Counted from the stretch's first letter, positions 31,442 to 39,985 are shown. The stretch: DNA of 64,000 nucleotides from Patescibacteria group bacterium (GCA_041660565.1 JBAZWC010000002.1:287484-351483); one strand, 5' to 3'. A program made the numbers and translations. Notes: generated by a model from the sequence alone, not told the origin.

Positions 31442-32923
31442 ATGATTAAGTTATCAATCAATCCCGGGAGAATGACGTTAATTGAGAGGCTGGGGTCGGT
31501 TTGGCGTCGGCTAATCCGATTACCAAAAGTGCTTCGGCCAAAAGAAAAACGGGCGATTTTATTCTTAGCTCTAGTGATGCTTGGTGCGTTGCTGTGGAAC
31601 TTAATCAGTAGTCACGGTTCTAACCCGGCCTTTGGTGGTACTTATGTGGAAGGGTTTGTGGGAGAGGCAAAATATATCAATCCGGTGCTGGCCAGCTCAG
31701 ATGCTGACACCAGTATGGTTAAACTTATTTATTCCGGATTAACCAGAATCGATGAAAATGGTGATATCCAGCCAGATTTGGCCTCGTCTTGGGAGATAAC
31801 CGATGGCGGCAAGACTTACATTTTCCATTTGCGCAATGACGTAGAGTGGCATGATGGGTCGCCGTTCACTGCCAAAGACGTGGTATATACTATCGGGTTG
31901 ATCCAAGACCCGGCAGTCCAAAGTTGGCATTTCGACGCGTGGAACAACATTTCTGCAAGCGCGCCCGATGACTACACGGTAAAGTTTAGCTTGCCCGAGG
32001 TTACATCTACCTTCATTTGGAACACCACTATTGGTATAATGCCAGCAAAAATTGGCAGCTCCGATATTAATCAAAGTTTTGTGGGCACCGGGCCGTATAA
32101 ATATTCTAAGGTAAGAGTTAAAAACAATAAGATCGAATCCATCGTGTTAGTCCGGAATACCCATATCTATCATGTTTCGGCGCCGTACATCGATGCAGTC
32201 GAAATTTGGCTTTTCCCATCATTAGCTGAAGCAAAATCTGCTTTGCAAGATCAGAAGATACAGGCGTTGGCCAAGCCGGAAGTAAATGATAGCCGTGCCA
32301 ATAGTTATCAGCTAATTTTGAATCAAAAAATCACTTTGTTCATTAACAGCCAGAGCGCTTTGTTATCCGACCTAAATGTGCGGCAGCAGCTGCTAAGTGG
32401 TACGGTTACAGCAAGCATTACCAAGCCGCTTGTGGTGGTGGTTGACACTGCACACGCTAATGATTCGGTAATAACCGAAACCATCAAGCAGTGGGAAAAA
32501 GAGGGGATCACAATTACGTCGCAAAACTTGTCACTAACCGCTATCAAAGCGTCCATATTACCATCGCGAAAATATGATGTGCTTATTTTGGCGGTTGAAG
32601 ACGGCCCGCAGTTTGATTATTATGCTTATTGGCATTCGTCGCAAATGAGTGGGCTCGGGTTAAACTTTTCGAGCGTGAAAAATAATGATCTGGACAAATT
32701 ATTGTCAGATCAGCGCAAGGCACTAACCATTGCCGATCGCAGTACCTTAACTGACCAGATTGAAAAGATGCTAGATGGTTTGGCAGTGCGAAAAGTGTTG
32801 TCTCAGGCAAAATTTGAATACGCAATCAGCAAAAATGTGCATGTTGTGCCGACAAAGGTTGGTAACAGTGGAGCCGATCGTTTCAATAGTTTTGAGAAAT
32901 GGTACATTAAAACCAGGCGGTAA
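31442..32923 (+). CDS. ABC transporter substrate-binding protein, family 5 (oligopeptide/dipeptide type)
   Basis: N-terminal anchor, about 490 aa, SBP_bac_5-like pattern. No cognate permease or ATPase genes are adjacent, so it is an orphan. Confidence 0.75.
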   Translation: MIKLSINPGRMTLIERLGSVWRRLIRLPKVLRPKEKRAILFLALVMLGALLWNLISSHGSNPAFGGTYVEGFVGEAKYINPVLASSDADTSMVKLIYSGLTRIDENGDIQPDLASSWEITDGGKTYIFHLRNDVEWHDGSPFTAKDVVYTIGLIQDPAVQSWHFDAWNNISASAPDDYTVKFSLPEVTSTFIWNTTIGIMPAKIGSSDINQSFVGTGPYKYSKVRVKNNKIESIVLVRNTHIYHVSAPYIDAVEIWLFPSLAEAKSALQDQKIQALAKPEVNDSRANSYQLILNQKITLFINSQSALLSDLNVRQQLLSGTVTASITKPLVVVVDTAHANDSVITETIKQWEKEGITITSQNLSLTAIKASILPSRKYDVLILAVEDGPQFDYYAYWHSSQMSGLGLNFSSVKNNDLDKLLSDQRKALTIADRSTLTDQIEKMLDGLAVRKVLSQAKFEYAISKNVHVVPTKVGNSGADRFNSFEKWYIKTRR

Positions 32924-32930
32924 ACCGCCA

Positions 32931-33013
32931 ATTTTCTATTTTTATTTTAAAATTTTAAAACATTTGGAAATTCATTTAAAATTTATAATTTATACTTTAA
33001 AATTTAAGTGCTT
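32931..33013. repeat. AT-rich repeat family F (F7) upstream of tRNA-Leu
   Basis: tttattttaaaattttaaaacatttggaaattcatttaaaatttataatttatactttaaaatttaagtgcttgggg. Preceded by the hairpin CCAGGCGGTAAACCGCC at the SBP gene stop. Confidence 0.6.
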
Positions 33014-33099
33014 GGGGATGTGGTGAAATGGCAGACACGCAGCGTTCAGGTCGCTGTGAGCGCAAGCTCGTGGAGGTTCAACTCCTCTCATCCCCACCA
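33014..33099 (+). tRNA. tRNA-Leu (anticodon CAG), long variable arm
   Basis: Acceptor GGGGATG/CATCCCC, anticodon loop TTCAGGT, T-arm GGTTCAACTCC, 3' ACCA. Confidence 0.8.
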
Positions 33100-33215
33100 T
33101 TCGACTCTCCGCCGGTCGGCGGATCGCTCACGTTCGACACCGCTACGCGGTGCTCAGGGCCTGAGTGTAATCGAAGGCATGGTCTACGACCCTGAGCTGA
33201 AGAAGTAAGGCGAAT

Positions 33216-33245
33216 GCCCTGAGAATTGTAGAGGGGCTTTTTTGT
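33216..33245 (+). terminator. Hairpin plus T-run just inside island I3
   Basis: GCCCTGAGAATTGTAGAGGGGC followed by TTTTTT. It follows a 9-codon mini-ORF (ATGGTCTACGACCCTGAGCTGAAGAAGTAA). Confidence 0.45.
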
Positions 33246-33316
33246 TGTCAAAATATCGACAAAACATAAATAATATGATAATATAATGCCAACTCGCGCG
33301 AAAGGGGGACGGATGA

Positions 33317-33850
33317 ATGCGCGTTTTGGTGGTACCAAGCAGTGGCATGGTCCCGGTTGATCAGCTTGGACCAGACACGCTGATGCGCTGCGAAAAAGCG
33401 CTTGAGCTGTGGCGGACGGGACAGTTTGGCTGCCTGGTGGTTACCGGCGGTCGGTGTCACCCGTCATACGTGGAGACACGGTCGGCTGCGGAATCGATGC
33501 AAGTGTGGTTCGATTTCGGCCGAGTTCCGCTGTCATGCATTCTGGTAGAGCCGGAGGCCAAGGACACCTTCGGAAACGCGATCAGCACCGTGGCGGGGCT
33601 TCAGCATTGGGGGATCGACACAGACAACATCACAGTGGTCAGTCACTGGTTGCACTGTGTTCGGCTCCGGATCACCTTCCGACTAGCCTGTAGGGTTCGG
33701 GTCAAGACGGTGCCGCTTTACTACCCAATCGGGTGGAAGGGCGCGTTTGCCGAGGTCGCGATGATCTGCTACCACGTGCTTGATCGGAAAGGGAATGGCT
33801 GGATTGCCCGGCGCAACCGCGCCAAGCGAACATTCTCGAAACCATCCTGA
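33317..33850 (+). CDS. DUF218/YdcF (SanA/ElyC)-like protein on GC-rich island I3
   Basis: LVVTGG and EAKDTFGNA motifs of the DUF218 family. RBS AAGGGGGA. GC-rich codons. Confidence 0.65.
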   Translation: MRVLVVPSSGMVPVDQLGPDTLMRCEKALELWRTGQFGCLVVTGGRCHPSYVETRSAAESMQVWFDFGRVPLSCILVEPEAKDTFGNAISTVAGLQHWGIDTDNITVVSHWLHCVRLRITFRLACRVRVKTVPLYYPIGWKGAFAEVAMICYHVLDRKGNGWIARRNRAKRTFSKPS

Positions 33851-33856
33851 TGTAGA

Positions 33857-34318
33857 ATGGAGGAGTCGATGTGCGACAAGTACGTATATCTCGCAGGGCC
33901 GATTGCGGGGCAGACTTACGACCAGAGCAACGACTGGCGTATCAATACCGGTGACCGGCTCAGAGAACTTGGGATGGTTCCGCTTTCACCGATGCGAGGG
34001 AAAGACCCGCAAGCGTTTGTTCCGGGGTTTGACCGTGAATCCACGCCGCTGACCTCCGCCCGTGGCATCAAGGCTCGTGATAAGTATGATGTGCACCGAT
34101 CATCGGCAGTCCTGGCCAACTTCCTTGGGGCCACGGACAAGTCTATCGGCACAGCGTGCGAATTCAGTTGGGCTGATGACGCCGGGGTGCCGGTCATCGC
34201 TGTCATGGAGCCATCGGGTAATCCGAATGATCACCCGTTCATTCGAGAAACCGCGTTCTGCGTGGTCACAACTCTTGGTGAGGCGATCGAGGTTCTCAGA
34301 TGGATCGTGCTTCCATGA
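33857..34318 (+). CDS. Nucleoside 2-deoxyribosyltransferase-like protein on GC-rich island I3
   Basis: YLAGPIAG signature of the NDT/Rcl fold. RBS GGAGGAG. Start is 7 nt after the upstream stop. Confidence 0.7.
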   Translation: MEESMCDKYVYLAGPIAGQTYDQSNDWRINTGDRLRELGMVPLSPMRGKDPQAFVPGFDRESTPLTSARGIKARDKYDVHRSSAVLANFLGATDKSIGTACEFSWADDAGVPVIAVMEPSGNPNDHPFIRETAFCVVTTLGEAIEVLRWIVLP

Positions 34319-34333
34319 CAACGAACCGTCACT

Positions 34334-34366
34334 GCCGGGGCTTAACCGCCCCGGCTATTATTTTTC
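34334..34366 (+). terminator. Intrinsic terminator closing island I3
   Basis: GCCGGGGCTTAACCGCCCCGGC followed by TATTATTTTT. Confidence 0.7.
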
Positions 34367-34435
34367 GTTGACTTTTGGTGCTGAATCACGTAATATAAAA
34401 GATAGCCGAGATGGATGGCCAGTTTTTTGTTATTT

Positions 34436-34521
34436 GGGATCGTGGTGGAATTGGCATACACAACAGGTTGAGGGCCTGTGGGAGAAATCCCGTGAGGGTT
34501 CAAGTCCCTCCGATCCCACCA
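34436..34521 (+). tRNA. tRNA-Leu (anticodon GAG), long variable arm
   Basis: Acceptor GGGATCG/CGATCCC, anticodon loop TTGAGGG, T-arm GGTTCAAGTCC, 3' ACCA. Confidence 0.8.
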
Positions 34522-34629
34522 TTCAGAGGATAGAAAATGGAGGATAGAGGATGGACTGTTTTCCTAACATTACAATAGGATCGAAATAAACAATCTATTT
34601 TCCACCTTCAATCATCCATTCTCCGATCT

Positions 34630-34706
34630 GGAATCTTAGCTCAGTTGGTTAGAGCGCCTCGTTTACACCGAGGAGGTCAGTGGTCCGAGTCCACTAGGTT
34701 CCACCA
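34630..34706 (+). tRNA. tRNA-Val (anticodon TAC)
   Basis: GGAATCTTAGCTCAGTTGGTTAGAGCG.. with anticodon loop TTTACAC, 3' CCACCA. Confidence 0.82.
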
Positions 34707-34730
34707 TTCGACTTTTCGACCAAATTATTT

Positions 34731-34806
34731 GCCCAGATAGCTCAGTGGTAGAGCGCTGCCCTGAAGAGGCAGGCGTGGTCAGTCCGATTCTGACTCTGGG
34801 CACCAA
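34731..34806 (+). tRNA. tRNA-Phe (anticodon GAA)
   Basis: GCCCAGATAGCTCAGTGGTAGAGCG, anticodon loop CTGAAGA, 3' GGGCACCA. Confidence 0.8.
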
Positions 34807-34950
34807 CCTTCGCCATCGCGTACGCTCGGACTATGGTTGGCAAGCCAATCAGTTTACTCTAAAGATTAGGTAATAATTGCGAAGGTTGCCGTCCGAAGTC
34901 GTTATGGAATAACGCGAAGGATGGCTAGGCAAATATAATGGAGTACGTTA

Positions 34951-35334
34951 ATGTCCACATTTTTCCCGCCAATAGATGGTACGAGTGCGCAATATGGCAC
35001 CATTTGGATCGTATTACTTCTTGCAACCGCGCTTTTAATTGGGCTATGGTGGTTCATGCACAAAGCAGTGATGCGAACATCAATATTACGTTATCTATCT
35101 ACAGTAGTGGTAATGGGGTTCATTGTTTACTGGTTTAGGTTCGAAAACGTAATGTACTTTACCGCAGATTGGATTATCTGGTTGTGGGTTGCGGTGGTGG
35201 CAATTGGCTTGCTCTGGTTGTTGTCGATCCGCCTGATAAAAGTGCCCAAAGTTAAAGCTAAACAATCAGTAGTAGATACCAAAACAAAATACCTTCCGAA
35301 ATCAAAAAATACAAAGCCAAGGATTAAAAAATAA
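34951..35334 (+). CDS. Membrane protein, unknown function (three TM helices, lysine-rich tail)
   Basis: RBS GGAG before ATG 34951. Hydrophobic helices. Confidence 0.6.
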   Translation: MSTFFPPIDGTSAQYGTIWIVLLLATALLIGLWWFMHKAVMRTSILRYLSTVVVMGFIVYWFRFENVMYFTADWIIWLWVAVVAIGLLWLLSIRLIKVPKVKAKQSVVDTKTKYLPKSKNTKPRIKK

Positions 35335-35343
35335 ATCAGTAAA

Positions 35344-35466
35344 TGTCATTTCGACCCTCGGAGAGCGTCAGCTCGACGGTGTTGGAGAAATCTTAAAAAG
35401 AATCCCTTCCAGTCTTTCTTGAGATCTCTCCAACCTCTCGACAAAGCTCGAGGGGTCGAGATGACA
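35344..35466. repeat. Palindromic repeat family A, full copy A3
   Basis: TGTCATTTCGACCCTCGG..GGAGAAATCTTAAAAAG..AGATCTCTCC..GAGGGGTCGAGATGACA. Confidence 0.85.
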
Positions 35467-35524
35467 ATTATCGGATCATAAAAATTATAAACAAAAATCA
35501 AACAAGAAATAGTTTAGGAGAACA

Positions 35525-36760
35525 ATGGTCAATAAGCCGAATACAGAAGAGACGATGGAAGAGCTAGTTACCGAGGCTGGTGAGAACCTGGTCCCATTTA
35601 AAGTTGGCAGCGTAGCCGACGTAGTTGTAACTGCAGTTACTAAAAACAGCATTTGGGTAGATGTTGCGGGCGTGGCGGTTGGAATAATTCCAGACCGTGA
35701 GTTTTCGTTTGGTACGGGGGATCTAAAAGTGGGCGATCATGTTGTGGCGTATGTTTTGTCTCAAGAAGACAAAGAGGGTCATGTAGTCTTAAGCTTGCGC
35801 AAAGCAGACAGAGAGCGCTTGTGGGTTACCTTAAAAGATAAATTCGAAAGCGGTGAAGTACTTCAAGCTAAAGTAGCCGAAGCAAACAAGGGTGGTTTGA
35901 TGGTAGAAATTGGCGGCGTGGTTGGTTTCTTGCCGATATCGCAGCTTGCGTCAAACCATTATCCTAGAGCAACTCAAGGGAATCGAGACGAGGTTTCAAC
36001 CAAACTTAATGAATTAATTGGCGAAACCATGAACGTCAAAATTATTAACTTTGATAAAATTACCAATAAATTAATCTTTTCTGAGCGCGCCGCCGGAGAT
36101 ACCGTTGCAGAAGAAAAGCTAAGCAAAATTAAAATTGGCGAGATCTTAAAAGGTAAAATTACCGGTATCGTAGATTTTGGTTTGTTTGTTAGTATTGGTG
36201 ATGATTTAGAGGGCTTGGTACACATCTCCGAAATTTCGTGGAAAAGGGTTAGTGATTTACGCACCATGTTTAACATTGGTGATGAAATCAACGTCTCCGT
36301 GACTGGCATAACCGACGGAAAAGTGTCGTTGTCAATGAAGCGATTGCTAGAAGACCCATGGGTAGAAGCAGCTAGTAAGTTTAAAGTAGGTGATATTGTA
36401 TCTGGCGTGGTTACAGGTGCTACCCGATTTGGCGTTTTTGTCCGCTTGAACGATACTGTTGATGGCCTGGTACACAAATCTGAGTTGACCGATGAAAATG
36501 TAGAAGATCCATCAACCATATTACCAATTGGTCACAAAGATCAGTTTAGAGTAATTAGCATCGATTCTCCGGCTCATCGCTTAAGTTTAAGCTGGAAGGG
36601 TCTAAAAGCCGAAGCAGACAAGCAAGCTGCCAAAACGGCCAAGAAATTACCGGAAAAAGCCGAAGTTCAAGAGGAAGTTAAAGAAGAAGTCAAAAAGGAA
36701 TCACCTAAAAAAGCACCTGCCAAAAAGCCGGCTGCCAAAAAAACCTCCAAAAAAGAATAA
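35525..36760 (+). CDS. rpsA: 30S ribosomal protein S1 (four S1 domains, lysine-rich tail)
   Basis: Repeated S1 motifs (GxV..G.VGFLP.S) and a KKxxAKK C-terminal tail. RBS TAGGAG. Confidence 0.88.
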   Translation: MVNKPNTEETMEELVTEAGENLVPFKVGSVADVVVTAVTKNSIWVDVAGVAVGIIPDREFSFGTGDLKVGDHVVAYVLSQEDKEGHVVLSLRKADRERLWVTLKDKFESGEVLQAKVAEANKGGLMVEIGGVVGFLPISQLASNHYPRATQGNRDEVSTKLNELIGETMNVKIINFDKITNKLIFSERAAGDTVAEEKLSKIKIGEILKGKITGIVDFGLFVSIGDDLEGLVHISEISWKRVSDLRTMFNIGDEINVSVTGITDGKVSLSMKRLLEDPWVEAASKFKVGDIVSGVVTGATRFGVFVRLNDTVDGLVHKSELTDENVEDPSTILPIGHKDQFRVISIDSPAHRLSLSWKGLKAEADKQAAKTAKKLPEKAEVQEEVKEEVKKESPKKAPAKKPAAKKTSKKE

Positions 36761-36769
36761 AGAGGTAAT

Positions 36770-37258
36770 ATGATTATTACGCGCAATTCTGAACATGCTT
36801 TAGAGTTTAAGACCAAAGAAGCGGCGATTAAAGTAAACACAGACGTGGTTATTAACGATGTAAAGATAGCTGGCCCGGGTGAATACGATGTGGCAAAGGT
36901 TTCGGTGATTGGGTTTCCTACAAAAACGCAGACGGTTTACCTGTTGGCTGTGGACGATGTTACAGTGTGCTATTTTTCCGTCAAACCGGAAAAATTGGCC
37001 ACCGATGTAATTGAAAAGATGGGTAATGTTGAGATGCTTGTGGTTACGCTTTGTGCAGACACAACTCCAGAGGAAGTGGTTAACTTAATTAACGCGCTTG
37101 AGCCGAACGTAGTGATGCCAATTGGTGATAAAGGTGCGGTGGAAAAATTAATGCAGACATCTGGGGCAGATAACACCGAGATTGATTCTTATAAAATTAC
37201 CAAATCCACCTTACCGGCTGACGACCGACAAATGATCGTACTCAAGTCGGGTAGATAA
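36770..37258 (+). CDS. Hypothetical protein
   Basis: Tightly follows rpsA. 162 aa, no recognisable motifs. Confidence 0.55.
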   Translation: MIITRNSEHALEFKTKEAAIKVNTDVVINDVKIAGPGEYDVAKVSVIGFPTKTQTVYLLAVDDVTVCYFSVKPEKLATDVIEKMGNVEMLVVTLCADTTPEEVVNLINALEPNVVMPIGDKGAVEKLMQTSGADNTEIDSYKITKSTLPADDRQMIVLKSGR

Positions 37259-37277
37259 TAGAGGATGGAATATGGAT

Positions 37278-37313
37278 CCGTAGGGGTGGACTCATATGTC
37301 CGCCCGTTTGTGG
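37278..37313. repeat. Palindromic repeat family C, copy C3
   Basis: CCGTAGGGGTGGACTCATATGTCCGCCCGTTTGTGG. Confidence 0.85.
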
Positions 37314-37322
37314 AGAGGCCTG

Positions 37323-38291
37323 ATGTTCAGCCCCGATCTAAGTAAATCTCTAAAAGACATTATCGCAAATTCACCTCGAGTTTTGCTGATTTGTCATGAA
37401 AAACCGGATGGTGACGCGATCTCGTCATTACTAGCAACTCGGTTAATGTTATTTGGCCTGAATTGTTTGGACGTGCAAATGGTCAGTATAGATGGCGTGC
37501 CAAAGGCGTTTGAGTTTTTACCTGATTCAAATTTGATAAAATCCGATTTTTTACGAGGTGATTTTGAAGTCATTATTACTTTGGACTGTGGCGACTTTAA
37601 ACGCACCGGATACTCTGATCGCATAGCTAAGATGATCGAAAAGGGCACCAAATTAATTAACATAGATCATCACCCTAAAAACGATATTTTTCGGATTGCA
37701 CACCTAAATTTAAGCGATACAACATGCGCCTCAACCACGCAAATAATCTATCAACTTTGCCAGTTTTTTCATCTCAAATTAGATGTCAAATTAGCAACTT
37801 TGTTATTTGTTGGGCTTTACACCGACACGGGTGGTTTTCAGCACATCGTAACGTCGCCGGAAGTGATGCGTATGGCGGCCGAGCTGGTCTCTAGCGGCGC
37901 GCAAACCAGGCTGATCAGCCAATACCTAACCGGCACCAAATCTTCGGCGCAATTAAAGTTGTGGGGGCGAGTGATTAGCCGAGCACGAGTAAGTAAGGAT
38001 GGGGTAGTGGTTGCGGGGGTAACTCAATCAGATTTGAAAGCAGTTGGCGCTAACGAGGAGGACGTAGCGGGGCTGTTAACGATGCTAGAGACCCTAGACC
38101 AGTGTAAAATGGCGATATTGTTATGTGAAACCGCGGATGGTGTGATTAAAGGTAGTTTGCGCTCTAACAACAGCCAAATTGATGTTTCTAAAATTGCCAG
38201 ATATTTTGGGGGCGGTGGGCACGTTAAGGCGGCCGGATTCACTCTTCCAGGGAAACTGGTTATAGACAAGCACAGCGTAAGCGTGGTATAA
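37323..38291 (+). CDS. nrnA: DHH/DHHA1 phosphoesterase, NrnA-like
   Basis: DHH motif LICHEKPDGDAISS and DHHA1 GGGGH motif YFGGGGHVKAAG. The ORF-track start at 37296 lies within repeat C3; ATG 37323 is more likely. Confidence 0.8.
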   Translation: MFSPDLSKSLKDIIANSPRVLLICHEKPDGDAISSLLATRLMLFGLNCLDVQMVSIDGVPKAFEFLPDSNLIKSDFLRGDFEVIITLDCGDFKRTGYSDRIAKMIEKGTKLINIDHHPKNDIFRIAHLNLSDTTCASTTQIIYQLCQFFHLKLDVKLATLLFVGLYTDTGGFQHIVTSPEVMRMAAELVSSGAQTRLISQYLTGTKSSAQLKLWGRVISRARVSKDGVVVAGVTQSDLKAVGANEEDVAGLLTMLETLDQCKMAILLCETADGVIKGSLRSNNSQIDVSKIARYFGGGGHVKAAGFTLPGKLVIDKHSVSVV

Positions 38292-38295
38292 TAAG

Positions 38296-38348
38296 ACAAA
38301 ATTCTAAATTTTAAATTTTTAATTTTAAAATAATTGGAATTTGTTTTT
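38296..38348. repeat. AT-rich repeat family F (F8)
   Basis: AAAATTCTAAATTTTAAATTTTTAATTTTAAAATAATTGGAATTTG. Confidence 0.7.
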
Positions 38349-38349
38349 G

Positions 38350-38374
38350 CCCAGGTGGTGGAATGGCATACAAT
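38350..38374 (+). pseudogene. Duplicated 5' fragment of tRNA-Leu, left boundary of the HNH insertion
   Basis: GCCCAGGTGGTGGAATGGCATACAA versus GCCCGGGTGGTGAAATTGGCATACAC of the intact tRNA-Leu at 38896. No tRNA body follows. Confidence 0.6.
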
Positions 38375-38420
38375 AATAACGATCATTGCAAACACCTCTG
38401 CCATATGCCATAATTGATTT

Positions 38421-38888
38421 ATGAAAGATAAATCGTGGACAGAAGCACAATTAAGGTCAGCCGCCCAAGAATCTCGAAGTATCCGTCAGATTTTACAGAG
38501 ACTTGGATTAGCAGAGGCGGGCGGAAATTACGCTCAGATTAAAAAATATTTGCACATTTACAATATCAATATGGAAAATATTAAAGGTAAATCTTGGTGC
38601 AAAGGGTTGAATGTCGAAGGACATCCAAGAGTGCAGTTAGATCAATTATTGGTAGAAAACAGTAGTTTCCAAAGTTACAAGCTAAAAAATCGACTTTTCA
38701 ATTCGGGGTTAAAGCCCAGAAAATGTGAAGAATGTGGGTGGTCAAAAATAACGCCAAGCGGTCATTTGCCTTTAGAAATACATCATATCAATGGGGATCG
38801 GTCTGATAACAGAATAAATAATTTAGTCATTCTGTGTCCCAACTGTCATAGTCAAAAGCCGAATTATCGTGGTAGGCGAAGAGATTAG
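38421..38888 (+). CDS. HNH homing-endonuclease-like protein
   Basis: HNH zinc-finger core CEECGW..HLPLEIHHINGDRSDNRINNLVILCPNCH. Confidence 0.8.
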   Translation: MKDKSWTEAQLRSAAQESRSIRQILQRLGLAEAGGNYAQIKKYLHIYNINMENIKGKSWCKGLNVEGHPRVQLDQLLVENSSFQSYKLKNRLFNSGLKPRKCEECGWSKITPSGHLPLEIHHINGDRSDNRINNLVILCPNCHSQKPNYRGRRRD

Positions 38889-38895
38889 TAAATAA

Positions 38896-38980
38896 GCCCG
38901 GGTGGTGAAATTGGCATACACGCGACACTTAAAATGTCGTTTCGAAAGAATTGCGGGTTCGAGTCCCGCCCTGGGCACCA
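38896..38980 (+). tRNA. tRNA-Leu (anticodon TAA), long variable arm
   Basis: Acceptor GCCCGGG/CCTGGGC, anticodon loop CTTAAAA, T-arm GGTTCGAGTCC, 3' ACCA. Confidence 0.82.
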
Positions 38981-38995
38981 AAAATTGCAGCATAC

Positions 38996-39030
38996 CCTCG
39001 TCATTCCGGGCTTGACCCGGAATCTATGTA
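38996..39030. repeat. Palindromic repeat family B, copy B3 (inverted orientation)
   Basis: CCTCGTCATTCCGGGCTTGACCCGGAATCTATGTA. Confidence 0.8.
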
Positions 39031-39041
39031 AAAAGAAAAAA

Positions 39042-39386
39042 ATGAATAAATATACCGGCACTATCGTTGAAGAGTCACTAGACGACAATCGGCTTATAAA
39101 TGAATTTAATATCTTAAATACTCGTATTTCCGGGGCAGAAAATCCTGCCGACCGCTGGCACTTATATAAAGTCGATGCAACTAAAGAGCAGCTTGAGGAG
39201 CTATCAAAACATATTAAACCGCAAAAGTGGTATGCTCATTTTTGGTGTGACGACGAGATGATAGTAGTTTTCCGAGATAAAATGTTTGATCAAAAAGTTA
39301 ATGATAAAAATACTTGGGAGCCAGCAATTAGATACGGGCTCTCTCACGGTATCCCAATAAAACAGCTTGATTTTGTTGTTGAGTGA
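39042..39386 (+). CDS. Hypothetical protein
   Basis: ATG 39042 after repeat B3. The ORF-track start at 38934 would overlap the tRNA and is rejected. Confidence 0.55.
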   Translation: MNKYTGTIVEESLDDNRLINEFNILNTRISGAENPADRWHLYKVDATKEQLEELSKHIKPQKWYAHFWCDDEMIVVFRDKMFDQKVNDKNTWEPAIRYGLSHGIPIKQLDFVVE

Positions 39387-39393
39387 AAAATAA

Positions 39394-39978
39394 ATGATTG
39401 AAGTTGAGAAGAAGTTTAAATTAAGCGGGCAAGACATTGAACGGCTAACCAGGGATGCCGAGTTTTTGAAAGAGCGGACTTTTACTGACATTTATTTTGA
39501 CGATGAAAAATATTCTCTAACCTCGAACGATAAATGGTTGCGTGCGCGAGATGGCCTTTATGAACTAAAATTGCCAATGCATGCGGGGGTGGATAGAAAA
39601 GCAGACCAGTACGATGAAATTGAAGATGAACAAAAGATTCGCGAAGTGCTAAATATCCCCACCGACCAGAAAATTGACGAAATTTATGCACCATTTTGCA
39701 ATGTCACCACTACGCGCAAAAAATATAAAAAAGATCAATTTATTATTGATTTAGACGATGTCGATTACGGTGATTTTAAGTATTCGCTTGGTGAGATTGA
39801 ACTATTAGTAAATAATCAGTCAGATATTGAAAAAGCAATTGCGGAAATTATGGATTTTGCGAATAAGTATCAATTGTCCGTCGCAATGGTTCGTGGAAAA
39901 GTAATTGAATATCTAAAACAAGTTAAACCGGAACATTATCAAGCTCTAATTAAAGCCAAAGTAGTGAAAGATTTCTGA
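39394..39978 (+). CDS. CYTH-domain protein (CyaB-like/triphosphatase fold)
   Basis: N-terminal EVEKKF motif, plus YFDD and LRAR..YELKLP motifs. Confidence 0.75.
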   Translation: MIEVEKKFKLSGQDIERLTRDAEFLKERTFTDIYFDDEKYSLTSNDKWLRARDGLYELKLPMHAGVDRKADQYDEIEDEQKIREVLNIPTDQKIDEIYAPFCNVTTTRKKYKKDQFIIDLDDVDYGDFKYSLGEIELLVNNQSDIEKAIAEIMDFANKYQLSVAMVRGKVIEYLKQVKPEHYQALIKAKVVKDF

Positions 39979-39985
39979 ATAGAGT

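Noticed and set aside
33008-33208. 66-aa + strand ORF overlapping tRNA-Leu(CAG)
   Set aside because: It is almost entirely the tRNA gene read as protein. It has no RBS.
33100-34435. Integrase-mediated integrative element at tRNA-Leu
   Set aside because: No integrase or recombinase ORF was found, and I could not identify direct repeats of the tRNA 3' end. I therefore describe it only as a GC-rich island between tRNA genes, not as a defined integrative element.
34806-34950. Possible additional tRNA or tmRNA after tRNA-Phe (GCCATCGCGTACGCTCGGACTATGGTTGGCAAGCCAATC..)
   Set aside because: I could not fold a cloverleaf or a tmRNA tRNA-like domain with acceptor or T-arm pairing. It is probably leader sequence or a promoter region for the gene at 34951.
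37296-37322. Longest-ORF starts of the DHH phosphoesterase (37296) and secA (58288)
   Set aside because: Both extensions lie inside family-C hairpin repeats and lack an RBS. Downstream ATGs with good SDs (37323, 58357) give canonical N-termini.
38934-39041. Extended N-terminus (MSFRKNCGFESRPGHQ..) of the gene at 39042
   Set aside because: It translates the 3' half of tRNA-Leu(TAA) and repeat B3. ATG 39042 is the plausible start.
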